Origin: an uncultured Acidobacteriota bacterium
Lineage (GTDB): Bacteria > Acidobacteriota > Blastocatellia > RBC074
NCBI GenBank assembly: GCA_963796275.1
Contig: CAWCKY010000006.1
Location: 672,001-736,000 of the forward strand
Length of the DNA: 64,000 nucleotides
Direction: 5' to 3'
The translations under genes were made by a program, and so were the position numbers. Shown piece by piece: positions 19,189-28,782 of this stretch; within the stretch, counting starts at the first letter, position 1; each line of letters starts with the position of its first letter. The notes under the pieces are model-generated. The model was not told the DNA's origin and made no database searches. It saw only the letters and a list, made by a program, of their open reading frames with translations.

Positions 19189-20693
19189 TGAACCATGCTC
19201 TCCTTTTCCGTCGAATTCGCCGGCGTAATCGCATCCTCCGCGAGTTGAAGATAAACGGTGAAAGTCACCCCTTCCTTCTCGTTATTCTTCACATCGATCC
19301 ATCCGTTATGTTCTTCGACGATGCGCCGGGAGACGGGGAGGCCGAGCCCAACCCCGCTGCCGACATCCTTCGTCGTATAAAACGGATCGAAGAGGAAAGG
19401 GAAATTTTCTTCTTCGATCCCGGTCCCGGTATCGGATATCCGAACCGCCAGATAACGTACTCCGTCCTTTTCTATCAAGTCAGCATCATAATCAATGTAC
19501 AGACGACCGCCATCTGGCATGGCGTGAATGGCATTCACGATGAGATTGATGAAGACCTGACGGAGAAACTCGCTGTCTCCGCTTATTCGCGCATCCCGCT
19601 CAACTTCGAATTCTGCGACGATTCGAGCGGGTTGCAATTTTGTCTCAAGCATCTCCAGCGTACTGGAGATCAACTCATTCAAATCAACTACCCCGCGTTG
19701 AATATTGTAAGGTCGCGCCAGATGAAGCAATTGCTTGACGATGTTTGTAATGCGCTCGACCTGGGTGAGAATAATCGTTGCGTTGCGTCGCCGTCGCTCT
19801 TTGGAGTCAGCCGGATCCTGCAAAATCTGCTCGGCGCGCACCTCGATCACGTTCAGGGGAGTCCCGATCTCGTGTGCTACGCCGGCCGCCAGCCGCCCCA
19901 CCGAAGCCAGATTTTCCGTGTGCCGTAATTGACGTTCGAGCTGCAAACGCTGTTCCATCTCGCGCGCGGCATTATTCCGCTGCTCTTCCAGGTTATCGGC
20001 CATACGGTTAAATTCTCTTTCCAGCATAGCGAATTCGTTATCGTTGGATGGCACGATCACACGGTAATTGAGGTCTCCGCGCCCGAGCGCCCGGGCGCCT
20101 TGTAACAGCTCGCCAATCGGCCGCAGGACGCTGTAGCGGGTGACCACGATCACGACAAAGATAATGGTCAGGAACAACATGAGTGCGAAGAAGACGATTT
20201 CGCGGCGGGCGCGGGCATAATCTTCCTTGATAAAAACCATATGCAGCGCGATCTCGAAAACTCCCTCACGCTCCGCACCGACGTTGATCGGCATTAGAAT
20301 TGAGAAGACCTCCTGGTCATCGATCACTCGCCGGATCTCAATCGTCTCGCCCGTCGCCAGTACGCGATTGAGCTCCGCCGGGAACTTGATCTCATCGGCC
20401 ACCAATTCATCCGAGACCATAGTCACCTGGCCGTCATTCGAAAAGAGAACCACCCCGTAAATGCGATGGTTGTCGCTCATCCGGTCGATCAACTCCTGAG
20501 CGTCAGTCTGTTTTCCCACCCGATATAATCGCTCGAGCGCGATCCGCAGAGTGACCGCATGAGCCAGCACTTCGCTGCGCATCGCTTCTTCTAGCGCTTT
20601 CTCCCGCTGGCGCAAAATGAAGTACCCGCCGGCGCTCATCACAACGCCGACGGCAATGGTTAATATAAAGATGAGTCGTGCGCTTGTCTTCAT
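19185..20693 (-). CDS. HAMP-domain sensor histidine kinase
   Basis: Two TMs, [13 protein letters not shown]-box, N, G1 (DTGTG), F and G2 (GVGLGL) boxes; 4-nt overlap with the regulator. Confidence 0.95.
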   Translation of the reverse strand: MKTSARLIFILTIAVGVVMSAGGYFILRQREKALEEAMRSEVLAHAVTLRIALERLYRVGKQTDAQELIDRMSDNHRIYGVVLFSNDGQVTMVSDELVADEIKFPAELNRVLATGETIEIRRVIDDQEVFSILMPINVGAEREGVFEIALHMVFIKEDYARARREIVFFALMLFLTIIFVVIVVTRYSVLRPIGELLQGARALGRGDLNYRVIVPSNDNEFAMLEREFNRMADNLEEQRNNAAREMEQRLQLERQLRHTENLASVGRLAAGVAHEIGTPLNVIEVRAEQILQDPADSKERRRRNATIILTQVERITNIVKQLLHLARPYNIQRGVVDLNELISSTLEMLETKLQPARIVAEFEVERDARISGDSEFLRQVFINLIVNAIHAMPDGGRLYIDYDADLIEKDGVRYLAVRISDTGTGIEEENFPFLFDPFYTTKDVGSGVGLGLPVSRRIVEEHNGWIDVKNNEKEGVTFTVYLQLAEDAITPANSTEKESMVQ

Positions 20694-20749
20694 CTTCGTC
20701 GCCTACTCTAACGTTGTTTATCTTCCCTGATCATTCTCGTCAGTTTTGA

Positions 20750-22066
20750 TTATAATTTTATTTTACCGAGCATCTCATAAATCCAGAGCAACGCCGCGTT
20801 CATCATCTGCTCGCCCGCGCCGACCGCGACCGGAGAGACCTGTTTGTCCGCACCATAGCCGCCCTCGGCCACGGCTTCGATGGTCGGGAAGTACTGATGA
20901 TATCCGTTGCAATAGCCGAAGAAGAAGAGCTGCCCGACCCGCGCGCGCTCTTTCAAGCGGATTGCGTGGTTGCTGAAAAATTCTCCCGAAATGCCGACCA
21001 GGGCGATCTCCTTATTGATCAACGCGACGGTCAGCCGGGGGCGCACGCCATCCGCATACTCATCAACGTAATTCGGGATCAGCTCGCGGAAGAACGCTTT
21101 TTCATAGATCCCTCGCACGAAGGAATTGCCGAAATCGACGCGCGAAGGGAAACTGAACCGCTCTTCCCTGATTTGCAGTAACGGTTTGGCGACAGTTTGT
21201 GGCGTCAGGCCCATCGCGAGTTTCACGGCTTCTTTGCCCAGCCTCTGGCCGAATGCCTGATAGCCTTTTTCTTCGCCTCTGTTGTCGTCAACCGATTGAT
21301 CGCCGGCGGCGCCCTGCATAAATATCGTGTGCGCGCCGGTGGCCTTTTCGATTTCATTCTTCATGGCGCCGACATAATCGGCCGAGAACTTCAGTACCAA
21401 TGCCTGAATCATCGTCGGATGGGCGGTGAAATTCACGAGGATTGAAAGCGGTTTTCCATTTTGCTCATCGATGCGCATGATAGCCAGCTCGCGATCGCTC
21501 GGCTTGTTCTGTAATTTCGAGTGCCTGTTGCGATTGAACCCATCGAGCTGAACCGATCCAACGGCGATCTTCGCGGGCACGAGCTTCTTATCGGCTTCCA
21601 GAATTGCCGCGATGATCGCCTCTTCCATTTCCTTGTAGTAGCGCAGCGAAGCGTCAAAACGGCCCCTGCCTTTGCCAGTCTCATCGGACAGTTCAAGCAC
21701 CGGGCCGTGATGCGTATGCGAACCGGCGATAAATGAATACTCGATTCCGGCTTCTGCTTTGATCCTTTGGCGGATGCGTACGAGCGAGGCTTCGGCGGGG
21801 GAGCGCCCGAGATCGAGGCCGACAATCGCGAGTTTTCGGTCACCTGTCTGAATGACCAGCGCGTCGGCTGAGAGCGGATCGAGGGTGCCGATAGAGAGTC
21901 GATCGTGTCTCGCGCCGTAGCCCCACATCGGAACCGGCTCGCGCGGCGTGATATCGCGGCGGGCCGAGCCGGCTCTTATTTCCTGAGCTTCAACTGCGGG
22001 GATGACCGCAAAGATCGCGAAAACGATTAACAGAGCGCGCATAGATAGTTTGAACATATGCTCCAA
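20750..22066 (-). CDS. Neutral/alkaline ceramidase N-terminal-domain family hydrolase, secreted
   Basis: DITP..PMWGY, GSHTHHGP, NFTAHPT, SADY, QGAAGD. Confidence 0.75.
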   Translation of the reverse strand: MEHMFKLSMRALLIVFAIFAVIPAVEAQEIRAGSARRDITPREPVPMWGYGARHDRLSIGTLDPLSADALVIQTGDRKLAIVGLDLGRSPAEASLVRIRQRIKAEAGIEYSFIAGSHTHHGPVLELSDETGKGRGRFDASLRYYKEMEEAIIAAILEADKKLVPAKIAVGSVQLDGFNRNRHSKLQNKPSDRELAIMRIDEQNGKPLSILVNFTAHPTMIQALVLKFSADYVGAMKNEIEKATGAHTIFMQGAAGDQSVDDNRGEEKGYQAFGQRLGKEAVKLAMGLTPQTVAKPLLQIREERFSFPSRVDFGNSFVRGIYEKAFFRELIPNYVDEYADGVRPRLTVALINKEIALVGISGEFFSNHAIRLKERARVGQLFFFGYCNGYHQYFPTIEAVAEGGYGADKQVSPVAVGAGEQMMNAALLWIYEMLGKIKL

Positions 22067-22397
22067 TCGAACCGGGTTTTTGAAACCAGATCCTCTGTCG
22101 CGTAGCTCACAAGAGCGCAGCGATCGCGCTGCCAGAACTGATCTCAGTCACGCTTTATGGCCTTCGAAAAATAAAAGCAACCACGCGGTTCCGGTAGCGT
22201 AGGGCAGTCCTGCTAGACATTTTTCTCTCCTTACCGCATACGCATATCGATTCTACGGTCACGTTTGTGTCTGCTCCGGCTCGTGATTGCGTATATTTTT
22301 AAAGACCATAGATGCCAGGTTAAGATGTGTTGCCGCTGATCGGCAGCAAAGTTGCAGTTCAACTAACCAACCTCAATCAATTGCTGTTATTTTTCTC

Positions 22398-23294
22398 CTA
22401 GAGCCCCGCCATTCTTTCGAATATCCGCAGCAGACTCTGTGTACCGTCATCGCCGCGGCCTTCGGCTTCGACGGCCGCGAATAGTTGACGCGCCAGTGAG
22501 GCAGTCGGCAGCGGGGTATGATTCGCGTCGGCCGCCTCGAGCACCAGGCGCAAATCTTTCTGCTGCAAACGAACCATGAACGCCGGTTTGAAATCGCGCT
22601 CTATCATCTTCTTTCCCAGGATATCGAGCGCCCAGGAATTGGCTGCGCCGCCGGTCAGAGCCTGATGCAGCGTTGCCAGGTCGAGGCCGGCTTTGGCCCC
22701 GAAGGTCAATGCCTCGCAGACGGAGAGCATATTGACCGCGGTCATAATCTGATTGCAAAGCTTGGCCGATTGGCCGTTGCCCGCAGGTCCGAAGTGCGTG
22801 ACGCGCTTGCCCATTGCCTCCAGGACCGGGCGCGCGCGTTCGAGAGCCTTGGCGTCGCCTCCGACCATAATCGTCAAAGTCCCCTCGATCGCTCCTTTCT
22901 CGCCCCCCGAGACCGGCGCATCGAGCCACTCCAGGCCTTTGGATCGCGCTTCTTCAGCCAGTTCGCGCGTTACCTGGGGCGAGATAGTGCTCATATCGAT
23001 AATGATCGTGCCGGGTTTCGCCGACGCGAATATCCCATTGTCGCCTCGTGCGACGGCGATGACATCGGGTGAATCCGTGACGATGCTGATGATGACCTCA
23101 CTTAGGGCGGCCACTTCTGCCGCGGAGCCGGCGGCATTCACTTGACCGAGCGATGAATTCTCGGCGGTAAATTTTTCAGCCTTGCCCGGTGTACGCGTTG
23201 CGACCTTCAAATTGAACCCCGCTCTGAGCAGATTACGAGCCATCGGAGCGCCCATAATTCCCAGGCCGATCAACCCAACTTTGCTAACTTTCAT
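22398..23294 (-). CDS. Beta-hydroxyacid dehydrogenase (2-hydroxy-3-oxopropionate reductase-like)
   Basis: GLIGLGIMG, DAPVSGG, KLCNQ, KDLRL. Confidence 0.88.
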   Translation of the reverse strand: MKVSKVGLIGLGIMGAPMARNLLRAGFNLKVATRTPGKAEKFTAENSSLGQVNAAGSAAEVAALSEVIISIVTDSPDVIAVARGDNGIFASAKPGTIIIDMSTISPQVTRELAEEARSKGLEWLDAPVSGGEKGAIEGTLTIMVGGDAKALERARPVLEAMGKRVTHFGPAGNGQSAKLCNQIMTAVNMLSVCEALTFGAKAGLDLATLHQALTGGAANSWALDILGKKMIERDFKPAFMVRLQQKDLRLVLEAADANHTPLPTASLARQLFAAVEAEGRGDDGTQSLLRIFERMAGL

Positions 23295-23602
23295 TTTCTA
23301 TTCTCCTTTGCGACCAAAAAACGAATAGGCGAAGAGGATGCGAGCAGGAGATATCTGCGTTCTCACCCGTTCTCTTCGGTCTAACGCGTTTTAGTTTGAT
23401 TCTCCAGTGAGACGTGCATGATCGAGACATCAAGATGGCGACTATGTTAAATTGTCCTTCTCACTTTCCAATCGACCAAGTAATAATAATTAGGAAAGAC
23501 GGAACCCGATCCATCATCAGGTCGCCATGGGGAGTCAAGTTCCTGAGCGCCGAATCATAACGCAATTGACATTTGGCGGAAAGGCTCAATAGGAGGAAGC
23601 AT

Positions 23603-25636
23603 ATGCGTAGTCTCATCTCTTCGTTACTCGTGATTGCGCTGGGACTGGTAGTCTTTGCGCAGTCGAAACAGCGTCTACTCGATAAAGATACTTTCATGGA
23701 GATGGAATCGGTTGGCAATCCGGCGATTTCATCCGATGGTAGATCGATCATCTTCACCCGCACCTGGGTGGATAAATCGAAGGATCAATATCGAAGCAAC
23801 CTATGGATCATCGATGTCGACGGCTCGCGCGTGCGTGAACTCACGAGCGGCGCGCGGAACGACAGTTCTCCGGTATGGTCTCCGGACGGCAAGCGGGTGG
23901 CCTTTCTATCCGATCGTGACGGAACCAACCAGCTGCACGTGATGTGGATCGACACGCGCGAAATGGCACAGCTCACACGGCTCGAACAGGCGCCGAATAA
24001 TATCGATTGGTCGCCCGATGGGAAATACATCGCATTTACTTCATCAGTGCCGGACAATGACCCGGTGCTGTCGGTGAAACTGCCTGAGAAACCAAGAGGT
24101 GCGGAGTGGGCCAAGCCGGCGGTCGTGGTCGACCGTCTGCAATGGGCGTCGGATGGGCGCGGTCCCTTGGCGAAAGCGAATACGCACGTCTTTGTGATCG
24201 ATGCGACTCTCGGAGGAACTCCGCGCCAGATCACAAGCGGCAAATACAATCACACCAGCTTCGATTGGTCTGCCGACGGCAAGACTATCTATATTTCCGG
24301 CACTCGCAAGCCGGAAGCCGAATACCTGCGCAATGATAGCGAGATTTATGCGGTTGATCCGGCAACCCTCGCAATCAAGCAGTTGACCGATCGTAAGGGG
24401 CCCGACACCAACCCGGAGACCTCGCCGAACGGCAACTGGATCGCGTACTCCGGCAACGACGATAAACTATTCACGAATCATGTCGGCAGCATCTATCTGA
24501 TGGACAAGCAGGGGGGCGGCAAACGTCTGTGGGCGACAGACCTGCTCAGCTCGCCGCAAAACCTGTCTTGGGCAGCCGACAGCTCGGGGGTCTATTTCAC
24601 CGTCGAAGAGAAAGGTTCTTCGCACATCTATTTCGTTGCACTCGATGGAAAAAAGCGCAAAGTCACGGATGGTGTACAGATACTCAGCGGCGTGTCGCTC
24701 TCGGCCGGCGGACAGGCTGCCGTCGTCCGCACGAGTTTTCAAGCGCCCGGCACACTCGTTACTTTCAATTTAAAAGATGCGGCCAAGATGACCGAACTGG
24801 TGGACGTGAACAGCGATGTGCTGTCAAATGTCAAACTCGGTGAGGCCGAAGAGCTGTGGTTCACATCGAAGGACGGCCTGAAGGCTCAAGGGTGGCTCGT
24901 GAAGCCCGCGAATTTCGAAGCGGGAAGGAAATACCCGATGGTGCTGTGGATTCACGGCGGACCATGGTCGATGTATTCGGTCGCATGGAACTGGGCCTTT
25001 CAGAACTTCGCGGCGAATGGTTATGCGGTATTGTATACCAATCCGCGGGGTTCAACGGGCTACGGCCAGGATTTCGTCAATGGCATTCAGTATTCGTATC
25101 CCGGCAAAGACTACGACGATCTGATGGCTGGGGTCGATGCTGCGATCGCGAAGGGGTTCATCGACGATAAGAACCTTTTCGTCTGCGGAGGCAGCGGCGG
25201 CGGCGTGCTGACCGCCTGGATCGTCGGCCACACCGATCGATTCGCGGCGGCCGTTTCGATGCGTCCGGTAATCAACTGGCATTCATTCGTCGGAACGACC
25301 GATGGGGCGAGCTGGTACCATCAATTTCAAAAGCGCCCCTGGGAAGACCCGATGGAATTCGCGGTGCGCTCACCGCTGCATTATGTGGCGAATGTCAAAA
25401 CGCCGACGATGGTGATGACGGGCGAGGCTGACCTGCGCACGCCGATGGGGCAGAGCGAAGAATATTATCGCGCGCTCAAGATGCTGAAGAAAGAGACATT
25501 GCTTGTGCGGATGCCGGATGAATTCCACGGATGGCGGCGCCCCTCGCATCAATTGCTGCAGCAACTCTATCTGCAGGCCTGGTTTGAGAAGCATATGCGA
25601 AAAGATGCGGCGAATGCCAAAGCAGCGAGTAATTAA
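23603..25636 (+). CDS. S9 family peptidase (acylaminoacyl/dipeptidyl peptidase) with PD40 propeller
   Basis: Signal peptide, WSPDGK repeats, IHGGP, GGSGGG nucleophile, D(LRTP), H; SD AGGAGG. Confidence 0.92.
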   Translation: MRSLISSLLVIALGLVVFAQSKQRLLDKDTFMEMESVGNPAISSDGRSIIFTRTWVDKSKDQYRSNLWIIDVDGSRVRELTSGARNDSSPVWSPDGKRVAFLSDRDGTNQLHVMWIDTREMAQLTRLEQAPNNIDWSPDGKYIAFTSSVPDNDPVLSVKLPEKPRGAEWAKPAVVVDRLQWASDGRGPLAKANTHVFVIDATLGGTPRQITSGKYNHTSFDWSADGKTIYISGTRKPEAEYLRNDSEIYAVDPATLAIKQLTDRKGPDTNPETSPNGNWIAYSGNDDKLFTNHVGSIYLMDKQGGGKRLWATDLLSSPQNLSWAADSSGVYFTVEEKGSSHIYFVALDGKKRKVTDGVQILSGVSLSAGGQAAVVRTSFQAPGTLVTFNLKDAAKMTELVDVNSDVLSNVKLGEAEELWFTSKDGLKAQGWLVKPANFEAGRKYPMVLWIHGGPWSMYSVAWNWAFQNFAANGYAVLYTNPRGSTGYGQDFVNGIQYSYPGKDYDDLMAGVDAAIAKGFIDDKNLFVCGGSGGGVLTAWIVGHTDRFAAAVSMRPVINWHSFVGTTDGASWYHQFQKRPWEDPMEFAVRSPLHYVANVKTPTMVMTGEADLRTPMGQSEEYYRALKMLKKETLLVRMPDEFHGWRRPSHQLLQQLYLQAWFEKHMRKDAANAKAASN

Positions 25637-25638
25637 CT

Positions 25639-25868
25639 GAAGCGTGTGCGAATTAAACAGTCTCGCATCTCAGCGCCGGAGGCGCATAATGTCTATAGCT
25701 CACGATCCTAACCATAACCTGAGCTCCGGAGGAGCCACATATGAATGCCTGCCTGTCGCTCCTCCGGAGCTCGTGAGGCTTTGGTGATCGTATATATAAA
25801 CAGCACGCGCCGCTGGCGCTCAGGTCCGAAAATGCTGATTCCAATTAACTTTTATTTGCACAGTCTTC
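25639..25868. mobile_element. MITE-like element, copy 2, with 8-bp target duplication AATTAACT
   Basis: Ends GAAGCGTGTGCGAATT...TTTATTTGCACAGTCTTC; direct repeats at 25631-25638 and 25869-25876. Confidence 0.85.
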
Positions 25869-25966
25869 AATTAACTTGCCTTCTCAGGGATTAACTGAAC
25901 TTTAAATAGCTGCGTCTAGCTCACGCTATGAGTTTAACGATGCCTGCGTCTGCGTGATTTTTCAGG

Positions 25967-26599
25967 ATGAAGCATATTATTTTACTCGGCGACTCGATCT
26001 TCGATAACAAGGCTTATGTGAAAGGCGGGCTCGATGTTATTACACATCTGGGCGGGAACATCCCCGCTGAGTGGAGGGCGACACTTCGAGCAGTCGATGG
26101 CAGCACGGTTGAAAACGTAAGAAGCCAGGCTTGCGATCTGCCCGCTGATGCAACACATTTGATCGTCAGCGCGGGGGGAAATGATGCGCTTTTTCAAGCT
26201 GATATATTACAGCAGAAAGCCGAGTCGAGTGCAGAGGTGCTGAATAAACTGGCTGATATTGCCGCAACGTTTGAAAGTCATAACCGCGAGATGCTACGTG
26301 GTTTGTTGGCACTGGGAAAGTCGACTGCTGTTTGCACGATTTACTATCCGAGAATACCGGATCCATCGATACAGAAAATTGCGGTAGCTGCGCTCACAAT
26401 CTTCAACGATGTGATAATCAGGCAGGCCTTTCTGGCCGGCGTACCATTAATCGACCTCCGTTTAGTCTGCAGTGAAGAAACTGACTATGCCAATGAGATA
26501 GAGCCTTCGGAAGCGGGTGGAAGAAAGATTGCTGAGTCTATTGTACGTTTAGTCAAAGAGCATAATTTCGATAATCGCAGAACAGAGGTTTATATTTGA
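25967..26599 (+). CDS. SGNH/GDSL hydrolase
   Basis: LLGDSIFDN, SAGGND, ANEIEPS. Confidence 0.8.
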   Translation: MKHIILLGDSIFDNKAYVKGGLDVITHLGGNIPAEWRATLRAVDGSTVENVRSQACDLPADATHLIVSAGGNDALFQADILQQKAESSAEVLNKLADIAATFESHNREMLRGLLALGKSTAVCTIYYPRIPDPSIQKIAVAALTIFNDVIIRQAFLAGVPLIDLRLVCSEETDYANEIEPSEAGGRKIAESIVRLVKEHNFDNRRTEVYI

Positions 26600-26638
26600 T
26601 CATCGCGCCTAACAGGCTGGGAAAGGACCGAAACGAGA

Positions 26639-27463
26639 ATGAAATTGTTAGAGGGTAAATCAGCAATCATCACCGGCTCCGGTCGGGGCATCGGCCGCGC
26701 CATTGCAGTTCTCTTCGCACATCACGGCGCGCACGTTGTCGTCAATGACGTCGACGGGGAGCTGGCCGAAGGCGTCGCCAATTCGATCAATGCGGCCGGG
26801 GGCGTTGCTACGACATGCGTTGGCAGCGTAACCAGATACGATTTCCCCTATCGCATCGTGAGAACAGCGATCGAAAATTTCGGCAAACTCGATATTATCG
26901 TCAACAACGCAGGCTACACGTGGGATGCGGTAATCCAGAACATGACGGACGAGATGTGGGAGGCGATGATCGATGTGCACCTTACCGCACCATTCCGGAT
27001 TATCCGTGCCGCCGAGCCCTATATGCGCGAGATTGCCAAGCAGGAGATCGCCGAAGGCAAGCGCGTCCATCGAAAGATCATCAATGTCTCGTCCACTTCA
27101 GGAGTCGCCGGCAATGCGGGACAGGCAAACTACGCGGCGGGAAAGATGGGCGTGGTTGGCTTGACGAAGACGATGGCGAAGGAATGGGGGCGGTACAACA
27201 TCAACGTCAATGCAGTCGCTTATGGATTTATCGAAACGCGACTGACTGCTGCCAAGGAAAATCAACAGCCGGCGGAGATCGGCGAAAATCGCATCCAGCT
27301 CGGTATTCCGGAACAGATGCGCCAGACGGCAATGCAATTCATTCCGCTCGGGCGTTCCGGCACGCCGGAGGAAGCTGCAGGGCCGGTCCTGTTTCTCGCC
27401 TCGTCGTTAGCGGATTATGTTACCGGACATGTTTTATTGGTTACCGGCGGATCGTATTTATGA
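26639..27463 (+). CDS. SDR oxidoreductase (3-oxoacyl-ACP/CoA reductase-like)
   Basis: TGSGRGIG, NNAG, YAAGK. Confidence 0.9.
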   Translation: MKLLEGKSAIITGSGRGIGRAIAVLFAHHGAHVVVNDVDGELAEGVANSINAAGGVATTCVGSVTRYDFPYRIVRTAIENFGKLDIIVNNAGYTWDAVIQNMTDEMWEAMIDVHLTAPFRIIRAAEPYMREIAKQEIAEGKRVHRKIINVSSTSGVAGNAGQANYAAGKMGVVGLTKTMAKEWGRYNINVNAVAYGFIETRLTAAKENQQPAEIGENRIQLGIPEQMRQTAMQFIPLGRSGTPEEAAGPVLFLASSLADYVTGHVLLVTGGSYL

Positions 27464-28635
27464 AACCACTTGATGGAATAACCGTTCTCGACCTCACTCG
27501 TCTATTGCCCGGCGCAGTCGCGACGATGATGCTCGGCGATTTCGGCGCGGATATCATCAAAATCGAAGAGCCCGGACTCGGTGATCCAGCGCGCCAATCG
27601 CGTGCGGGCATCAAACAGCCGGGCGCTTACTTTCTCGCCACCAATCGCAACAAGCGCAGCATCGCCATCAATCTCAAACAACCGGCAGGACGGCAAATTT
27701 TTCTGGAACTGGCGAACAAAGCCGATGTCGTCGTTGAAGGATTTCGACCCGGCGTGATGGATCGATTAGGCATTGGCTATGAAATTTTGAAAAAACTCAA
27801 TCCGCGACTGGTTTATTGCGCGATCACGGGTTATGGACAGGATGGGCCATATCGCGGGAATGCCGGGCACGATATCAACTACATCAGCATAGCAGGTCTG
27901 CTCGGTGTAAATGGAATGGCAGACGGGCCGCCGGTAATTCCCGGTGTGCAGATCGCCGACCTCGCGGGTGGCAGCATGCACGCGGTGATCGGCGTTCTTC
28001 TTGCCTTACAAGCTCGGGAACGGACGGGCGAAGGTCAGATGGTCGATGTCTCGATGATGGACGGATCGCTGGCGATGATGTTCGTCCCGTTTGCGGCATA
28101 TCTCGCCAACGGCGCGCAGCCACAAAGGGGCGCCCAAGGCTTGTCGGGACGTTACGCGTGCTACCAGGTTTACCAGACAAAAGATGGGCGTTTCCTCGCG
28201 CTCGGCGCGCTCGAGCCGAAGTTTTGGGTGAATGCCTGCCGTGTCCTGGGGCGGGAAGATTTGATCGAGAGACAATTTGTCGATAACGAGCAGCCGGAAT
28301 GTATTCGCGCACTATCCGACATTTTTCAGACGAAGACCGCACGCGAATGGCTCGCGGCATTTGAAGGCGTGGACACCTGTATCGCCCTCATCAAAGATCT
28401 CGCGGAGATGATCGACGATCCGCAGGTAAAGCATCGAGGGTTGATCGCTGAGATTGAACATCCAGAATCGGGAAGGATCAAACAGATCGCTCCAACTGTG
28501 AAGCTATCGGCAACGCCGGGCGAGATGCGATCGCCGCCACCGCTGCTTGGTGAGCATACGAGCCAGGTGTTGAATGAGCTTGGATATTCCGATGACACCA
28601 TAAAAAAGCTTTCGCGTGATGGTGTGATTGGATAG
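27460..28635 (+). CDS. CaiB/BaiF family (class III) CoA-transferase / racemase
   Basis: DLTRLLPG, NRNKRS, EGFRPG, GHDINY, ADLAGG; ATG overlaps the SDR stop. Confidence 0.9.
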   Translation: MKPLDGITVLDLTRLLPGAVATMMLGDFGADIIKIEEPGLGDPARQSRAGIKQPGAYFLATNRNKRSIAINLKQPAGRQIFLELANKADVVVEGFRPGVMDRLGIGYEILKKLNPRLVYCAITGYGQDGPYRGNAGHDINYISIAGLLGVNGMADGPPVIPGVQIADLAGGSMHAVIGVLLALQARERTGEGQMVDVSMMDGSLAMMFVPFAAYLANGAQPQRGAQGLSGRYACYQVYQTKDGRFLALGALEPKFWVNACRVLGREDLIERQFVDNEQPECIRALSDIFQTKTAREWLAAFEGVDTCIALIKDLAEMIDDPQVKHRGLIAEIEHPESGRIKQIAPTVKLSATPGEMRSPPPLLGEHTSQVLNELGYSDDTIKKLSRDGVIG

Positions 28636-28647
28636 ATGGAAAATTAC

Positions 28648-28766
28648 AGTTTGGAGTTCAGTTTGGAGTTCCGCTTTCAGGCGGTCTTCACATAACCATC
28701 GTTATACGAGATTCCAATCGCTTAAAGACCGCCTGAAGGCGGAACTCCGAAACGGAACTCCAAACT
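28648..28766. repeat. REP-doublet hairpin (GGAG-type) with symmetrically duplicated ends
   Basis: agtttggagttc-agtttggagttccgctttcaggcggtctt ... aagaccgcctgaaggcggaactccg-aaacggaactccaaact. Confidence 0.75.
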
Positions 28767-28782
28767 AACCGAGGAGTTGAAG

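Noticed and set aside
26815-27459. N-terminal 215 aa of the 606-aa track ORF
   Set aside because: Alternative-frame overlap of the SDR gene; the CoA-transferase starts at ATG 27460
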